NCBI GenBank assembly: GCA_013265495.1
Contig: MU063897.1
Span: 6,412,489 to 6,476,488, forward strand
Origin: Vicugna vicugna
Lineage: Eukaryota
Length of the DNA: 64,000 nucleotides
Direction: 5' to 3'
Below the pieces are notes generated by a model. It was given only the letters and a program-made list of their open reading frames with translations, was not told the DNA's origin and searched no databases. This document shows positions 10,823 to 22,514 of the stretch, one piece after another. The first letter of the stretch is position 1. Each line of letters starts with the position of its first letter. The position numbers and the translations under genes were made by a program.

Positions 10823-13394
10823 TCACTGCTTGGGAAATCCCCACATCTGGCTCTCACGTGACCAAGCTATGCCCAGGAGGCCGCAGCTGGGAAGGCCTGG
10901 AGGACAGGGGAGGGTCAGGACTGTGTGAGCTCTCTGGGGAAGCATGCAGTTAACCCTTTGGCACCACAGCTCAGGGTCTCTGGCTAATGCTGAGCTTCCA
11001 CCCCCGGGAGAAGCCAGGAGGGAGACCCATGCTCAGGCGGCCCCATCCTGGCTCACTGCAAAAGTGAGAAGGTGACATCACTTCTCTGGGTCCCCCTGGT
11101 CTTCACCTGTGACTTGAAGGGGCTGCTCTTTCTCCGTCCTGGCATCCTAGTCGATCATTAACCACTAGGGAGACCCATTGGACAAAGGCTCCTTCCACAA
11201 TAGAGACCCATCTGTTAGTCAGATATTTAATGAGCACTTCTTAGTGCCAGTCACCATGGCTCTGGAATCGTATGGAATCAGGATTCCTGCCCTCCTTTCA
11301 TAGGCAGGGCATGCGTCCCCCAGAGACCACTGGAAGCGAGAGTCCTCCTAACAAGGAAAAAGTCAGGTCACTTTTGGGGCAAGTTCTCTCCAACCTAGGC
11401 ACGTGCATTGATTTTATAATTAGAACTTTTTAAGCTTCAACCACTTAAGTAACCCAGGTGGCCATCTGCAGAGGTATCTCTGAAACAGTACTGCCCAGCA
11501 GGTACTGGGGAGATGTGGAGGACACGCCCCAGCCCAGTTTAGGAGACGTGGCACGCTTGCACAGCCAGTGCTGAGACTGGCCAGATGCCTCTGCAGGCCA
11601 CCCCCCTCCCCAGCCACCCGCTCCTTGCTGACTCATCTAAGAATCTCAGGGAACCAGGGGTGGAAAGCCTTGCTCGGCCCCCAACCCGCAGGCAGGGCTG
11701 TGTACCTCCCCCGGGGAGGCTTCCTTGCGCTCTGCCCCAACCCCCATCATAGCACTAGGACAGCACATAACTGTGGTTTACTTTCCTACCTCCCTGACCC
11801 AACTTAGAGTCCTGAGGCCACAGACCTCATCATATCCAGTTTGGTACCACTGGGCTTGGAATACAGGGCTTGGCACAGAGAAGGCAGTCAGATGTTCATT
11901 GGACAAATCTTCCTAACGGCCACGGCCAGAGCCAGTGAGGTCAGCTATAGGTCCAGCAGGAACCACCCAATCCTGGGAGAGTCTGACACTAGCATCCGCT
12001 TGGAAACTTGCTTCTTATCAATTCAGGCCCCAAGGGATCCCCCATCCTTGCCCCCTGGGAGAGCTGCCACTAGTGTCAAGGCCTATTCAGAACCCTGTGG
12101 TCAAATGCAAATGAACAACTGTCAGCTCTGGGAGCCACTAGGCTCCAGGAGGGCTAGTGTATGGCAGAGAGGTAACAGACCAGGAGAACTTGTCCCACCC
12201 AGACAGATCGGGGACAAGGGACGTTAAAATCTGCATGTTCTCAAGGAAAGTCTCCCGGGGTGGGGGTGGGGGGTTGCCAACATACAAAGACAGTCTTAGT
12301 TTGGCTTCTTGTCACTAGCCTGTCATCACAGCTTTCCAAGGACCTCACCCTCCTGCCAGGAACAGTTAGGTACCCAACCCTGACCCTGATCCAACACTTA
12401 GGGGTGTCTAAGGTGGTCCAGGGCTGGAGCTGGAAGACCCTGGCTAGGAGGAAAGACAGCCCCCAGCCACCTGCGGGGGCCTTCTACAACACCGCACCCA
12501 GTAGCCAGATGCCGCGTGGGGGCGGGGAAAGCATCTCAAAGAGGTGGTAGCTCTTTTCGAGCACAAGGAACAGAAGGGACTTTCTGACATTGCCCAGTTT
12601 TCTTGGTACCAGAATCCAGATCTAACATGAACAACACACATCTTCATACCAGCTGCTTGGGTCACACGTGGCAATGAACAGATCCAGGGGGCAAAGCAGA
12701 AAACATTTTTTTCCCTGCAAACTTGCAAGTTTTACTGAAACTTTGGAAAATTTTTCTCTGCCATCACACTTCAAAACTGACCAATTATAAAAACGCCATG
12801 AGCCAATGGAGTTACACATGCCACATTTCTGCTTTTAAACAAGTAACTTTAGATCAGAACAAGGTGCTAAAACAATAAATAATGCACATTTCCTCCAAAT
12901 CTTTGTTTTTCCACTGGCTTCGTCATTACTGGAAATGTTGCCTCTTTTGTCACATGTTTATAAACCAAAACGCCCAAGTGGGGAACAAGTTATTTTCTGG
13001 CTGAGGGCCGTGGTGGGAAGCACTTCTCTGCTGGACCACAATGCGGGTGTTTCCTCCCTTGAGGAAAAAAAACCTTATGGAAATAAGAGGCAGGCAGAGT
13101 CTTGTCACTGCCTCCTGATGAGGCCAGAAGGGAGGCTGGTGGCTGGACAGGCCCTTTGGATAGCCATTCTCCAAGGCCCTGAATGCTGGGCTTCAGTCCT
13201 CTGATTGGCCACCCCACCCTTCCCACATCGGTCCACCCAACTTGGAGCACAACTAAATGAACCTTCAAAGAGCAGCCCCATCAAGTCACAGTCCATCCTG
13301 GGGGCTCTGATTCTTCTGCTACCTCACTGCCTTTCAACCCTGAATACGGCCATCCACCCGCATGGACAATCCATCCCAAATCCAATCCTGGCTT

Positions 13395-13530
13395 GATCTC
13401 AGGATCCTTGGGGAGCCCGTCAAAACTGCCTGGCGCTCCTAGGCATCGCCCTCAGAGATGCTGATTCAGGAGGTCTGGGCAGGGCCTGGGAGTCTGTGCT
13501 TCCACAAGCAGGCTCAGGATTCTCAGCACA
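13395..13530. mobile_element. MER5A-like fragment
   Basis: CCCTCAGAGATGCTGATTCAGGAGGTCTGGGCAGGGCCTGGGAGTCTGTGCTT matches the MER5A core. Confidence 0.55.
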
Positions 13531-14866
13531 CCTCTGGGCCTTTGCATGTGCCACCCCCTTCCAGACCCTCTTCCCATTTTCCCAGCAGGAAAGGTCAGGT
13601 GATAGGAGTGATGGCAGAAAGAAGCTAAGCAAGCAGGGCTGAAGGAACCAAGGCTACCTACCAGCTATCTGCTTCCTTCCTGGGAGTGAGATACGTGCTT
13701 CCAGGATTTGGGGAGCCCTCCCCTCTCCTCCCCTGCTTCATGTGTCCAGGCCACTAGGGCAGTGGGACCACACTGCCTGCAGCCAGGGGAGTCGTGGCAC
13801 AGACACACACTTTCTCCATCGCATCACTGCCACATGGGCTGCCTGTGGAGCTGCCAAATCAATCAGCCTTCTTTCAGTTCCAATTAGTTGGCTTTGAACT
13901 CCAGGGGTGACATTAGGCTGAGGACCCAGAGCCACAAAAATAAAAATTATTTTAAAACACCAGCCCGGGTGAGATGTGCTAGAAGGCAATGCCCTCAAGA
14001 GACACGTTCTTTTGGAACAGGCCATTGCAGGGTGCCAGGAATGTCTTGGCTGTGTTTGCTCAGCAGCCTGGGCCTTTCTCCCTGAGGATGGGTGGCTGCA
14101 GCAGAGAAGCCTGGGGAATGGCTTTGAAAAGTCTTGCTGATATACCCTCCAAGGTTTCCTTTCCAGACGCATCTCCTGCTCTCCCCTTTCCTAGCCCTTC
14201 ACTCCTGCCAAGCCAGACACCTCTTCTTCCCTCAAACTTCTCAAACTCACCCCAGCCTCCGAGTCCTTGCTCATGCCTGGCCCTCTGCTCATCCCAATCC
14301 CTTCTATCCTCCAGGACACATCTCCAGCCTCCCCCATCTTGGTTAGTGCCCTGCCTCCAGTCAGTTCTGACTCCCACTGCTTGTGGATTGCAATCCATCC
14401 TGCCTTGTATTTCTTAATGAAACCCCAAGGACATCCTACTTTCTCAGTTGACCTGTGAGCTCCTCGGGGTTATGGACAATCAATCACTTAAGGTGAGTAG
14501 AGCAGGCCCGGGTCGAGAACCTGGTTCTGCTCTGTGTCCGACTGGGACATTCATCCTGGGGGAAGATGAAGCACCACAGACCTGCTTTCTCTGCCTCACC
14601 ACGCCCCCCTCCCAGCTCTGCCTCATTCCAGGTTTGGTGGAAGGGTGAAGAGCAGGAGGCCAGGTTCTGCCCACCCCTCACCCCAGCAGCAGCCCCTGTC
14701 AATTACTTCTACTGCGAAAGGAGGAGGGGAGACTAACTGTATAGTAGACAGAACCTACGGGCAGGTTTTGCTTTAAGCCAGTCCACTTCATTAAAAACTG
14801 AATTCATACGAAGAGTCACACCCTGCAGAGGGACCTTTTACCCAATCAAAAATCCCTGGTGACAAA

Positions 14867-15136
14867 AATAGACTCATGGAGAGAGAATACAGACTTGTGG
14901 TTACCAGGGGGGTAGAGGGTGGGAAGGGATAGACTGGGATTTCAAAATTGTAGAATAGATAAACAAGATTACACTGTATAGCACAGGGAAATATACACAA
15001 AATGTTATGATAAATCACAGAGAAAAAATGTGACAATGAGTGTGTATATGTCCATGAATGACTGAAAAATTGTGCTCAACAGTGGAATTAGACACAACAT
15101 TGTAAAATGATTATAAATCAATAAAAAATGTAAAAA
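14867..15136 (+). mobile_element. 5'-truncated L1 3' end (young, lineage-type subfamily)
   Basis: L1 3'UTR motifs (CTGTATAGCACAGGGAAATATA ... GACACAACATTGTAAAATGA ... CAATAAAAAATGT plus A-tail). Perfect 19-bp TSD AAAAATCCCTGGTGACAAA at 14848-14866 and 15137-15155. Confidence 0.88.
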
Positions 15137-15629
15137 AAAAATCCCTGGTGACAAATGGGTTCTTTCTAGAAACCTCAGAGGGGGTTCTCTTGGGGCAGGC
15201 CCTTCTGGGTCTGTGGAAACACCTGCTAGACATCTCCAGTGCCCAGTCCTGCTTACCTGTGGATCCCTCAGGCCTTGGCTCAGGAGGGAACAGACCTCAG
15301 TGGAAAGAGGTTCGGACCAGAAGGACCAGACTTAAATCCTGTGTCTACCTGGCCAGACGATCTTGGACAGGTTCCTGAACCCACCCCTCCTGGTCTAGGA
15401 AAGGCGGTAAGACCATCTGCCTAGGTTGTTGGGGAGCCGCCTGGCAAGTATGAGGTGGTGCACACTCCACCCTCCCCCACTGGTTGAGCAGAGTCTCTCC
15501 TGGACGAGGGCAAATGCCAAAGCCAGTGGTCCCTCCTGTTCAGGAGCTGGACACCCAGGGTGCTGCCTCCCACTTGCAATAAAAATAGCTTAACCCTTAG
15601 TGTTTTCCTGTAGCAGACATCTCATATGT

Positions 15630-15805
15630 ATTAATACACATTCAAGTCTCAAACAACCTGGTGAAGTGCTATCATTATACCCATTTCACAGATGAGGAAA
15701 CTGAGGCACAGGAAGTTAAGGACCTGCCCAAGACCACACAGCTGGCAGATCAGGGACACAAAACTAGGCATTCTGGCCCCAGAGCCTGTGTTCTTAACTC
15801 TACAG
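15630..15805. mobile_element. MIR
   Basis: CCCATTTCACAGATGAGGAAACTGAGGCACAGGAAGTTAAG.ACCTGCCCAAGACCACACAGCT core. Confidence 0.75.
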
Positions 15806-18049
15806 AATATTCTGCAATGTCCAAGTCTAAGTTCTGTCTCCTCTGGGGCCAGGCCCTGGCTCACAGAATGAAAATAAATGCTTCAAGTGGATCTTTTTAC
15901 TCTCAGATTGAAGGTAAGACCAACTTCTCCCCTCCTTTCAGAACCTATCAATAATTAAAATAACAATGACAGCTGCTATCACCGGAAGCTTGCTAAGTGC
16001 TGGGCCCTCTGGAATCCAATCCTTAAATTTAATCAAGGCAGGCACTATTTTTACCATCGTTTTACATGTGAGGGCATGAAGGTCAGAAGTTAAGCAGCTT
16101 GCCAGTCACAGAGCAAACACAGGGCAGCGCAGGGATTCAAATTCTGACGCCAAAACCTAAACTCAGAACTCCAAGCAACAATGCTTCTCCGCAGTGAAAC
16201 TACGGTAACGCTGATCTCATTCACTATCCAGTGATGCAGATTGTATGATAAATAAAATGAAAGGCGAGTTGAGCTCACCAATTTTCCAAGGAAAAGTATA
16301 AACAGGATTTCATGAGGAAGAGCAACACTAGCCCAAAAGAACAAACTTGCAACACTCTTGAGCAATCTTATTTGCATTTAAACGAGCTGCAGCTCATCAC
16401 AGAACTCCTGGGTGGGATGGAGCCTCACACCCAATCCCAGAGCCAGGATGAGCCCACAGGATCCGTGGCTGTCTGCGCCCCCTCGTGGCACAAATCAGAA
16501 CTCCCTAACTTTGGGCGCTGGAACCATGCAGCTCCCTAGAACTGTGAGGGCACCAGTCCATCTTCTCAGGTCTGAGGAGGCGCCCCCGCTCTGGGGAGCC
16601 TGCTCCAGCCCCATCTGAGCTCCCGGAGCAGTGCTCACCTTGGGGAGGCCGATCACAGCTAATAGCAACAGGCCGTTCCTACTGCCAGGCACGTGCCAAG
16701 TCCTCTGGCTGCACCAAGTCCTTGAACCCGCTGCACCTTCCTGCAGGTGGCTGCTAATCCATTTTTACAGGCAAGACGTGACAGTCTTACATGACATCTT
16801 GGCTAGGCTAGTCTCCAGTTCATTCAACCACACACTAATCCAGGAGTTGCTGGAGAAGGTAATGTTGCAGATGTGATCAAGTTCACAGTTAGTTGATTTT
16901 CAGCGAGATTACCCTCGATAATCTGAGGGGCTCTGAGTCAATCAGCTGAAACACTTTTAAGGCCAGAGCTGAGGCTTCACTGCAGAAGAAATCTCACCTG
17001 TGGATGGCAACCCTGCCTGCCCTTGGACTTCAGATGTGTTTAGCCAGCCCTCAATCGCATAAGAAAGCTCCTTGCAAGAAATTTCTTAAATTAGCTCCTA
17101 CTGGTTCTGTGTCTCTAGTTGAACCTGATCGATACAACAGAACAAGTGAGGTCACAAAGCTCAGGCGAAGGGATCTCCCAGAGTTGTGGGGCTGTGAACG
17201 GGAGCCCAGGCAACTTGACATCAAATCCCCCCCCACAGCCCACAGCCCACACCCCATCACATAAACCCCTTTCGTCTGTCCCCTGCTGCCAGAGTCCTCG
17301 TCCTCTCACCTGTTTCCTCCCCTTGTCCATCTCCACCCACCGGTCAGAAGAGTCCTTCGCAGAGCTAAGTCAGATCATGTCCTGCTCTCCTCAGAACCCT
17401 TGAGCGGCTCTTCATCTCACAGTGAAAGCCCAAATCCTTAAACCAGCTGGTAAGGTCCTATGAGGTCTATGCTGCTGCCCCCACCCCCACTACATCTCTG
17501 CCCTCCCCTCCTAACACCCTGCCCTTCCCCATGTTCCACCCCAACCACAAACCTCCCTGCCATGCCTCAAGCAGTCCAGTATGCTCGACCCCTGGGCCTT
17601 TGCACTTGCTGTGGCCCCTGGCCTGGACTGCTCTTCCTCAAGTAACCAGGTCACTTCCTTGTTTCCCTCTGTCCAACAGCATGTTCTTGTCTGCATAGTT
17701 CATCACCCAGAGCAGACTGCCAACCCCTTGAAGGCAGAAAGGCACAGCCCTGTAACCTCAACGCCGTACACAGTACTGGCAAACAGCTGGTGCTCAGTCA
17801 GGTCAGCTGCAATATCTGGTCTCCAAACAAGCCTCACTTGGTCCTACTCCCCGACCTTTGTGGAAGTGCTGTCTCTTGATTAGCAAAGCTCCCTGCTCTC
17901 CGTCCCTAAACCAGAAAAACTCCTCCTCTCCCTGGATAACGTCCTAATCCTAACCCTACCCTCGACTTGAGGCCACAGTGACCTCTCTTTCCCGACCTCC
18001 AGTGTCATTCATGCACTCACTTCTTCCATCCACCGCCTATTCACAAGCA

Positions 18050-18940
18050 CGAGGGGACCCCGCCACTGGTGTGAGCACCACAGCAAGGTCTTGGCTTTCA
18101 AGGTGGTGGGACACAGATAACAAACAAGAAAACCAACAAGGTAATTAGTGATGTGCAGGGGAGAAGTGGGGTGACTTCAGAGGGCAGCTAGACAGTAGAG
18201 GACAGGGCGGCTTCTCTGAAGTGATAAGCAGACATCTTAAGAAGCTAGCCATGTGAACGAATGTGGAACAGCATTCAGGCAGAGGCAACAGCAAGTGCAA
18301 AGACCATGTGGAATAGTAACTTCAGATTTCATCTATTGATGTTCCTACGTATGTGGAAAGAACTTATTTACTGTGTAGTGTGTTTAAACATTTAAGTTTT
18401 ATGAGCTGGTTCCTCCTTTATAAGCTGATTATTCAACTTGTTCACTTTTTCCTTTTTTTAATAATTATCAGATAGTAAAAATGATATGTTTATTAATTGT
18501 TCAAATAAAAAATAAAAGTGTAAAGAAACTACATGTGTTTAAGGAACAGAAGGTGACAGGCGTGGCTGAGCAGGGGGCTGGGGTGGGAATGGGAGACGGG
18601 GAAGAGGGGATGAGCTCGGGGCAGGGCGGTAGGCAGGGGCCAACGCACACACGGCTCTGCAAGCTGGGATAAGGAGTTTTTCTGGGAGGGATGGGAAGTC
18701 CTTGGGGAAAATTAAGCAGAAAAGCACATTAATTGATTCCATGTTTTGAAGACCTCACTCTAGCTATGGTGTGGAGAACGGTGTGGATGGGCCAGGATGG
18801 GAGCAGACAGGCCAAGGAGGAAGCTGGGGTCTTTCCAAGAGAAGGGGACTTTCAACAGCTGTGATGGTGGGGGTGGGAGAAGGGGATGGATCCAGAGGTC
18901 AGGTGGGCAGGTAAGAGGAAGGGAGGGGTCAAGGATGACT
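18050..18940. mobile_element. L2 remnant interrupted by a ~210-bp AT-rich insert and ending at the 18942 L1
   Basis: AGCATTCAGGCAGAGGCAACAGCAAGTGCAAAG ... TGTTTAAGGAACAG..GTGGCTGAGCAG ... GACCTCACTCTAGCTATGGTGTGGAGAA are L2 motifs. Confidence 0.6.
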
Positions 18941-18941
18941 T

Positions 18942-19175
18942 TTTTTTTTTCCACTTTTTAGCCATAGAATTTTATTTTATTTTATTTTTATTTTCCTCTT
19001 TTTTTAAGAAACATTTTTTATTGAGTTATAGTCATTTTACAGTGTTGTGTCAAATTCCAGTGTAGAGCACAATTTTTCAGTTATACATGAGCATACATAC
19101 ATTCATTGTCACATTTTTTTTTTCACTGTGAGCTACCACAAGATCTTGTATATATTTCCCTGTGCTATACTGTAT
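18942..19175 (-). mobile_element. 5'-truncated L1 3' end, same subfamily as 14867, with compound tail
   Basis: Homologous to the 14970-15130 segment. 11-bp TSD AAGGATGACTT at 18931-18941 and 19176-19186. Confidence 0.88.
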
Positions 19176-19888
19176 AAGGATGACTTCTTGATGCTCAAGA
19201 TGTTTCTTGAGCAACAGGATGGATTGGGGCGGATGCAGGAAGCAGCAGGCAGAGGGAAGGAGCAGAGATAAATTTGAGGCTACACTGTCTTCCATGTTTC
19301 AAGGTCACCAGTCCTGCCTGCACTTTGAGGCTGTTAGCAGCCGAGAACTTTCTTCCTGCTGACTTCAACCTCTCCAGGCCTGGCTTGTAGTCTTGGCTCT
19401 GCACTCAATAAGAGATCCTTCCAAGGATGAGCTGGGCTTTGGGGACCAAAATGTGACAAGTGATGACCAGGGAACAAGCATCCATTTTCTCCACACAAAC
19501 ATTCCTGACTGAAGTGACCCTGGGGAGCTTCCTGAGCTTCACTACAGAGCAGAGTGAGGCCCTAAATAAACCCAAACTCAAACCTTCACTTTGCCACGGA
19601 CTCTGGGTAGACACCCTTGGAGCCTCCACTTCCCCTCTGTGAAATGGGACTCCCACCAGCCACCATGCACCGTGCCACTGAGCAGCAGATGAAGAAATGT
19701 TTGTAAAGTTGTCTCAAGTGGTATTCTCAAACGTATGTAACATTCCTCAAATAGATGCTCACGAAATAATAACAGTAGCTAGTACTTTGGGAGAAAATTT
19801 TGAGGTTGCAGGCAGTGTTCTAAGCACACTTAGATATATTAGTTTATCTAATCTTCTTATCTAATCTTCACTATAACCATATGAGGTG

Positions 19889-20303
19889 TGTATTAGGGTT
19901 CTCCAGAGAAACAGAATAAGGTGTGTGTGTGTGTGTGCGTGTCTAGAAAGAGAGAGAGGGAGAGAGGGAGGGAGAAATTGACTCACGTGATTGTGGGGCT
20001 TGGCCAGCCCAAAATCTGATGGAGTAGGCTGATAGGCTGGAGACTGGGGGAAGACCTAGAGTTCAAGTCCAAAGGTAGTAGCAGAATTCCATTTTTCTGG
20101 GGGAGGTCAGTCTTTCCTCTGTTAAGGCCTTCAGCTGATGGGATGAGGCCAAGCCCCATTATGGAGCTTAATCTGTTTTACTCAAAGTCCATTGATTTAA
20201 AAGTTAATCTCATTCAAAAAACACCTTCACAAAAACATCCAGAATAACACCTGACCAAATATCTGTGGCCCTGCCAAGTTGACACACAAAATTAACCATT
20301 ACC
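19889..20303 (-). mobile_element. MLT2D-like ERVL solo LTR with internal (GT)n(GA)n, inserted into a MIR
   Basis: Termini TGTATTAGGGTTCTCCAGAGAAACAG and GTTGACACACAAAATTAACCATTACC; 5-bp TSD AGGTG at 19884-19888 and 20304-20308. Confidence 0.85.
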
Positions 20304-21109
20304 AGGTGGGTATGAATATTATCCCCACTGTACAGAAGCAAAGACAGGCACAGAGAAGGTAGCAAGTGTGCCCGAGGTCTGAGGAGCCAGACCCTAACCT
20401 CCTGCAGGCCGGCTCCATCCAGAGCCGGCACTTTTAACCAGGACACTAAGTGGCCATTATCATAAGCACACCAGCGAAATTAAATTTCCCCATCCATCCT
20501 CTTCCTGGCCTGAGAATGGAAGGCAGAGAAACAGGAAGCTTTCCCTGGGTGGGGCCCTGCCTCACTCAGGAAGCCACACAGAACCTGAGCCTCAGAGATG
20601 GAGGGCAGGGCACCTGAGAGATTATCCCATCCAGCCTTTGACTTTACAGGGGGAAACTGAGGCCTGAGTAGAGAAGGGACTTGTGCAAGGCCCCAGGGCT
20701 TCAGGAGGTGATGATGACAATAAACTGACACAGCATCTGTAGCCGTTATCCTATGCCAGGGACCATTCCATGCTAACTTAGTCTTCTACATGATCATTAT
20801 CGGGAATGAGGAAACTGAGGCAGAGAGGTTATGAAACTAGCCTGAGGTCACATAGAGCCAGAATATGAACCCAGGTTTAACCAGTCATGACACCTCTGAG
20901 GCCCAGGGCAATTTCTTGGAGAGGGGGCTGTTTCTTCTGAAACAGGGTTTCCCCTCCTTCCCTGTTCCCCCACCAACTGCTCTGGCTGCAAGTCACAGCT
21001 GAGATGCTGGAGTTCCTCAAGTTCATTAGGTAGCCTCACCCTCCTGTTCACAGAGAAAATGCTCCTCTGCACCAGTGGGCGGGCAGACCAGAAACACCCC
21101 TGCCCAGGA

Positions 21110-21670
21110 GACAGGCATGTGTGCACACACATCTCATCCCACAGCTAGACACGCCCCAACCAGGTAAACACACACTCCAACCCACAACCGGATACATCCC
21201 AACACACTGGCACACTCACCCAGTCAAGTAAACATACCTTCAGAGCACAGAACTATAAAGCCCCATAGGTACACACACAAACCCATAATCACACATGCCC
21301 CCTCATATACAAACCAGGACACAACTTCCCTCATTCCAATTAACATGCAAAAGCAAGCACTGTATGGCAAAACATAGGAACCCAGACTCAGAAACCCACA
21401 CCATACAATCACACCTACCCCAGTTCACAGCTCATCCAACACACAGGCACACACACCTCTACGGATCACAGCCCAAAGCACTTGGACGCAAATATCTCCC
21501 AACACGAGCCATTCACGTGAGCCGCGTGTGCACACGCACTTTCCGCATCTCCAAGGGCCAGAACCCCAGATGGCTGGCCCACCCCCATAACTCACCACGA
21601 CCAGAAACAGGGACAACACACATACCAACGCAGGTCTCTCCAGTCCCTTTCCCCCCACCCCGTACACCCA
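21110..21670. repeat. Degenerate CA-rich low-complexity region
   Basis: Dense CAC/ACAC runs and G-poor composition on the + strand. Confidence 0.6.
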
Positions 21671-22485
21671 GCCCTAAGTACAAGGGACCACCGCCACCCA
21701 ATTAACTGCGCCCCGCCCGCGTGCAGGCGTTTGCTTAGCCCCGCCTCCTCCACCCTGAGAGAATCCTGACCCCAGCCGACAGCGCCCAGAACACAGCATT
21801 GAGCACCCGAGGACTTGCCCTTCTGCTCCCTGTCTCCACCCCCTTAGCAAACTCAGGGTGCCCTGGCACTTGTCGGGCCAATGCCAGGGGGAGTCGGTGC
21901 CCTCCCATCCGGTCTCTGAGGGCAATCACGCAGAGCCCCCACCCCCGCAGCAAGAAGAGTTGGGGGAGGAGGGGAAGGTCTGCGCTGCAGGCGTTAAAAA
22001 CTCAAGTCACTCAAGCACGAACCCCCCTTTTCGGTCCTGGGTCTCACCTTCCCACGGGGAAAACCCTGCCTCTCTATTAACCCTTCCATCGCTGCCACAC
22101 CGCGGGAAGGATCCAGGGAGAAGTCACAGCGAGCCCAGCAGTGAGCCCTGCAGCCCCAGGGGGAAGATCCGACTGCCTAGGTCGCGGGGGCTTAGGCCCT
22201 TTACAAGACACCCCCACATTCCCCATGCACCCACCCTCATTCCCACGGAAGAGAGCCCGGGGAGAATCTGTGGGACGCGGTGGGAGGAGAAGGTGCGAGT
22301 AGCAGGGATCTGAGGGAGCATGAGCTGGGGAGGGGGGCAATTGAGGGGAGTACCCCGGCCCCGCAGGACCACTGGGCAGATGGGCGAGGACAAGCCCCCA
22401 GAAAGTCCTCTGCAGGGTCTGAGCGGCTCGTGCGCGAAGCGGGAGGAGAGGCTGGAGGGAAAAACGCCCGTGGGGGCTCCCTTAC

Positions 22486-22514
22486 CTGATTTCCTCTTGG
22501 AACTGCCATAGTCC
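22486..22514 (-). CDS. SH3PXD2A: SH3PXD2A 29-bp micro-exon: (E)DYGSSKRKS(V); exon 6
   Basis: GGACTATGGCAGTTCCAAGAGGAAATCAG flanked by TTCTTTTTCAG and GTAAGG. Phase 2 to 1 links the 47706 and 2509 exons in frame. Confidence 0.95.

Noticed and set aside
12464-12477. CTCF-like motif CCCGCAGGTGGCTG (minus)
   Set aside because: Two mismatches to the core and cannot be scored without a PWM; too weak to call.
15251-15259. Strong minus-strand donor CAG|GTAAGC (also TAG|GTAAGA at 10342-10350)
   Set aside because: No convincing upstream acceptor or promoter; such matches are expected by chance in a 20-kb intron.
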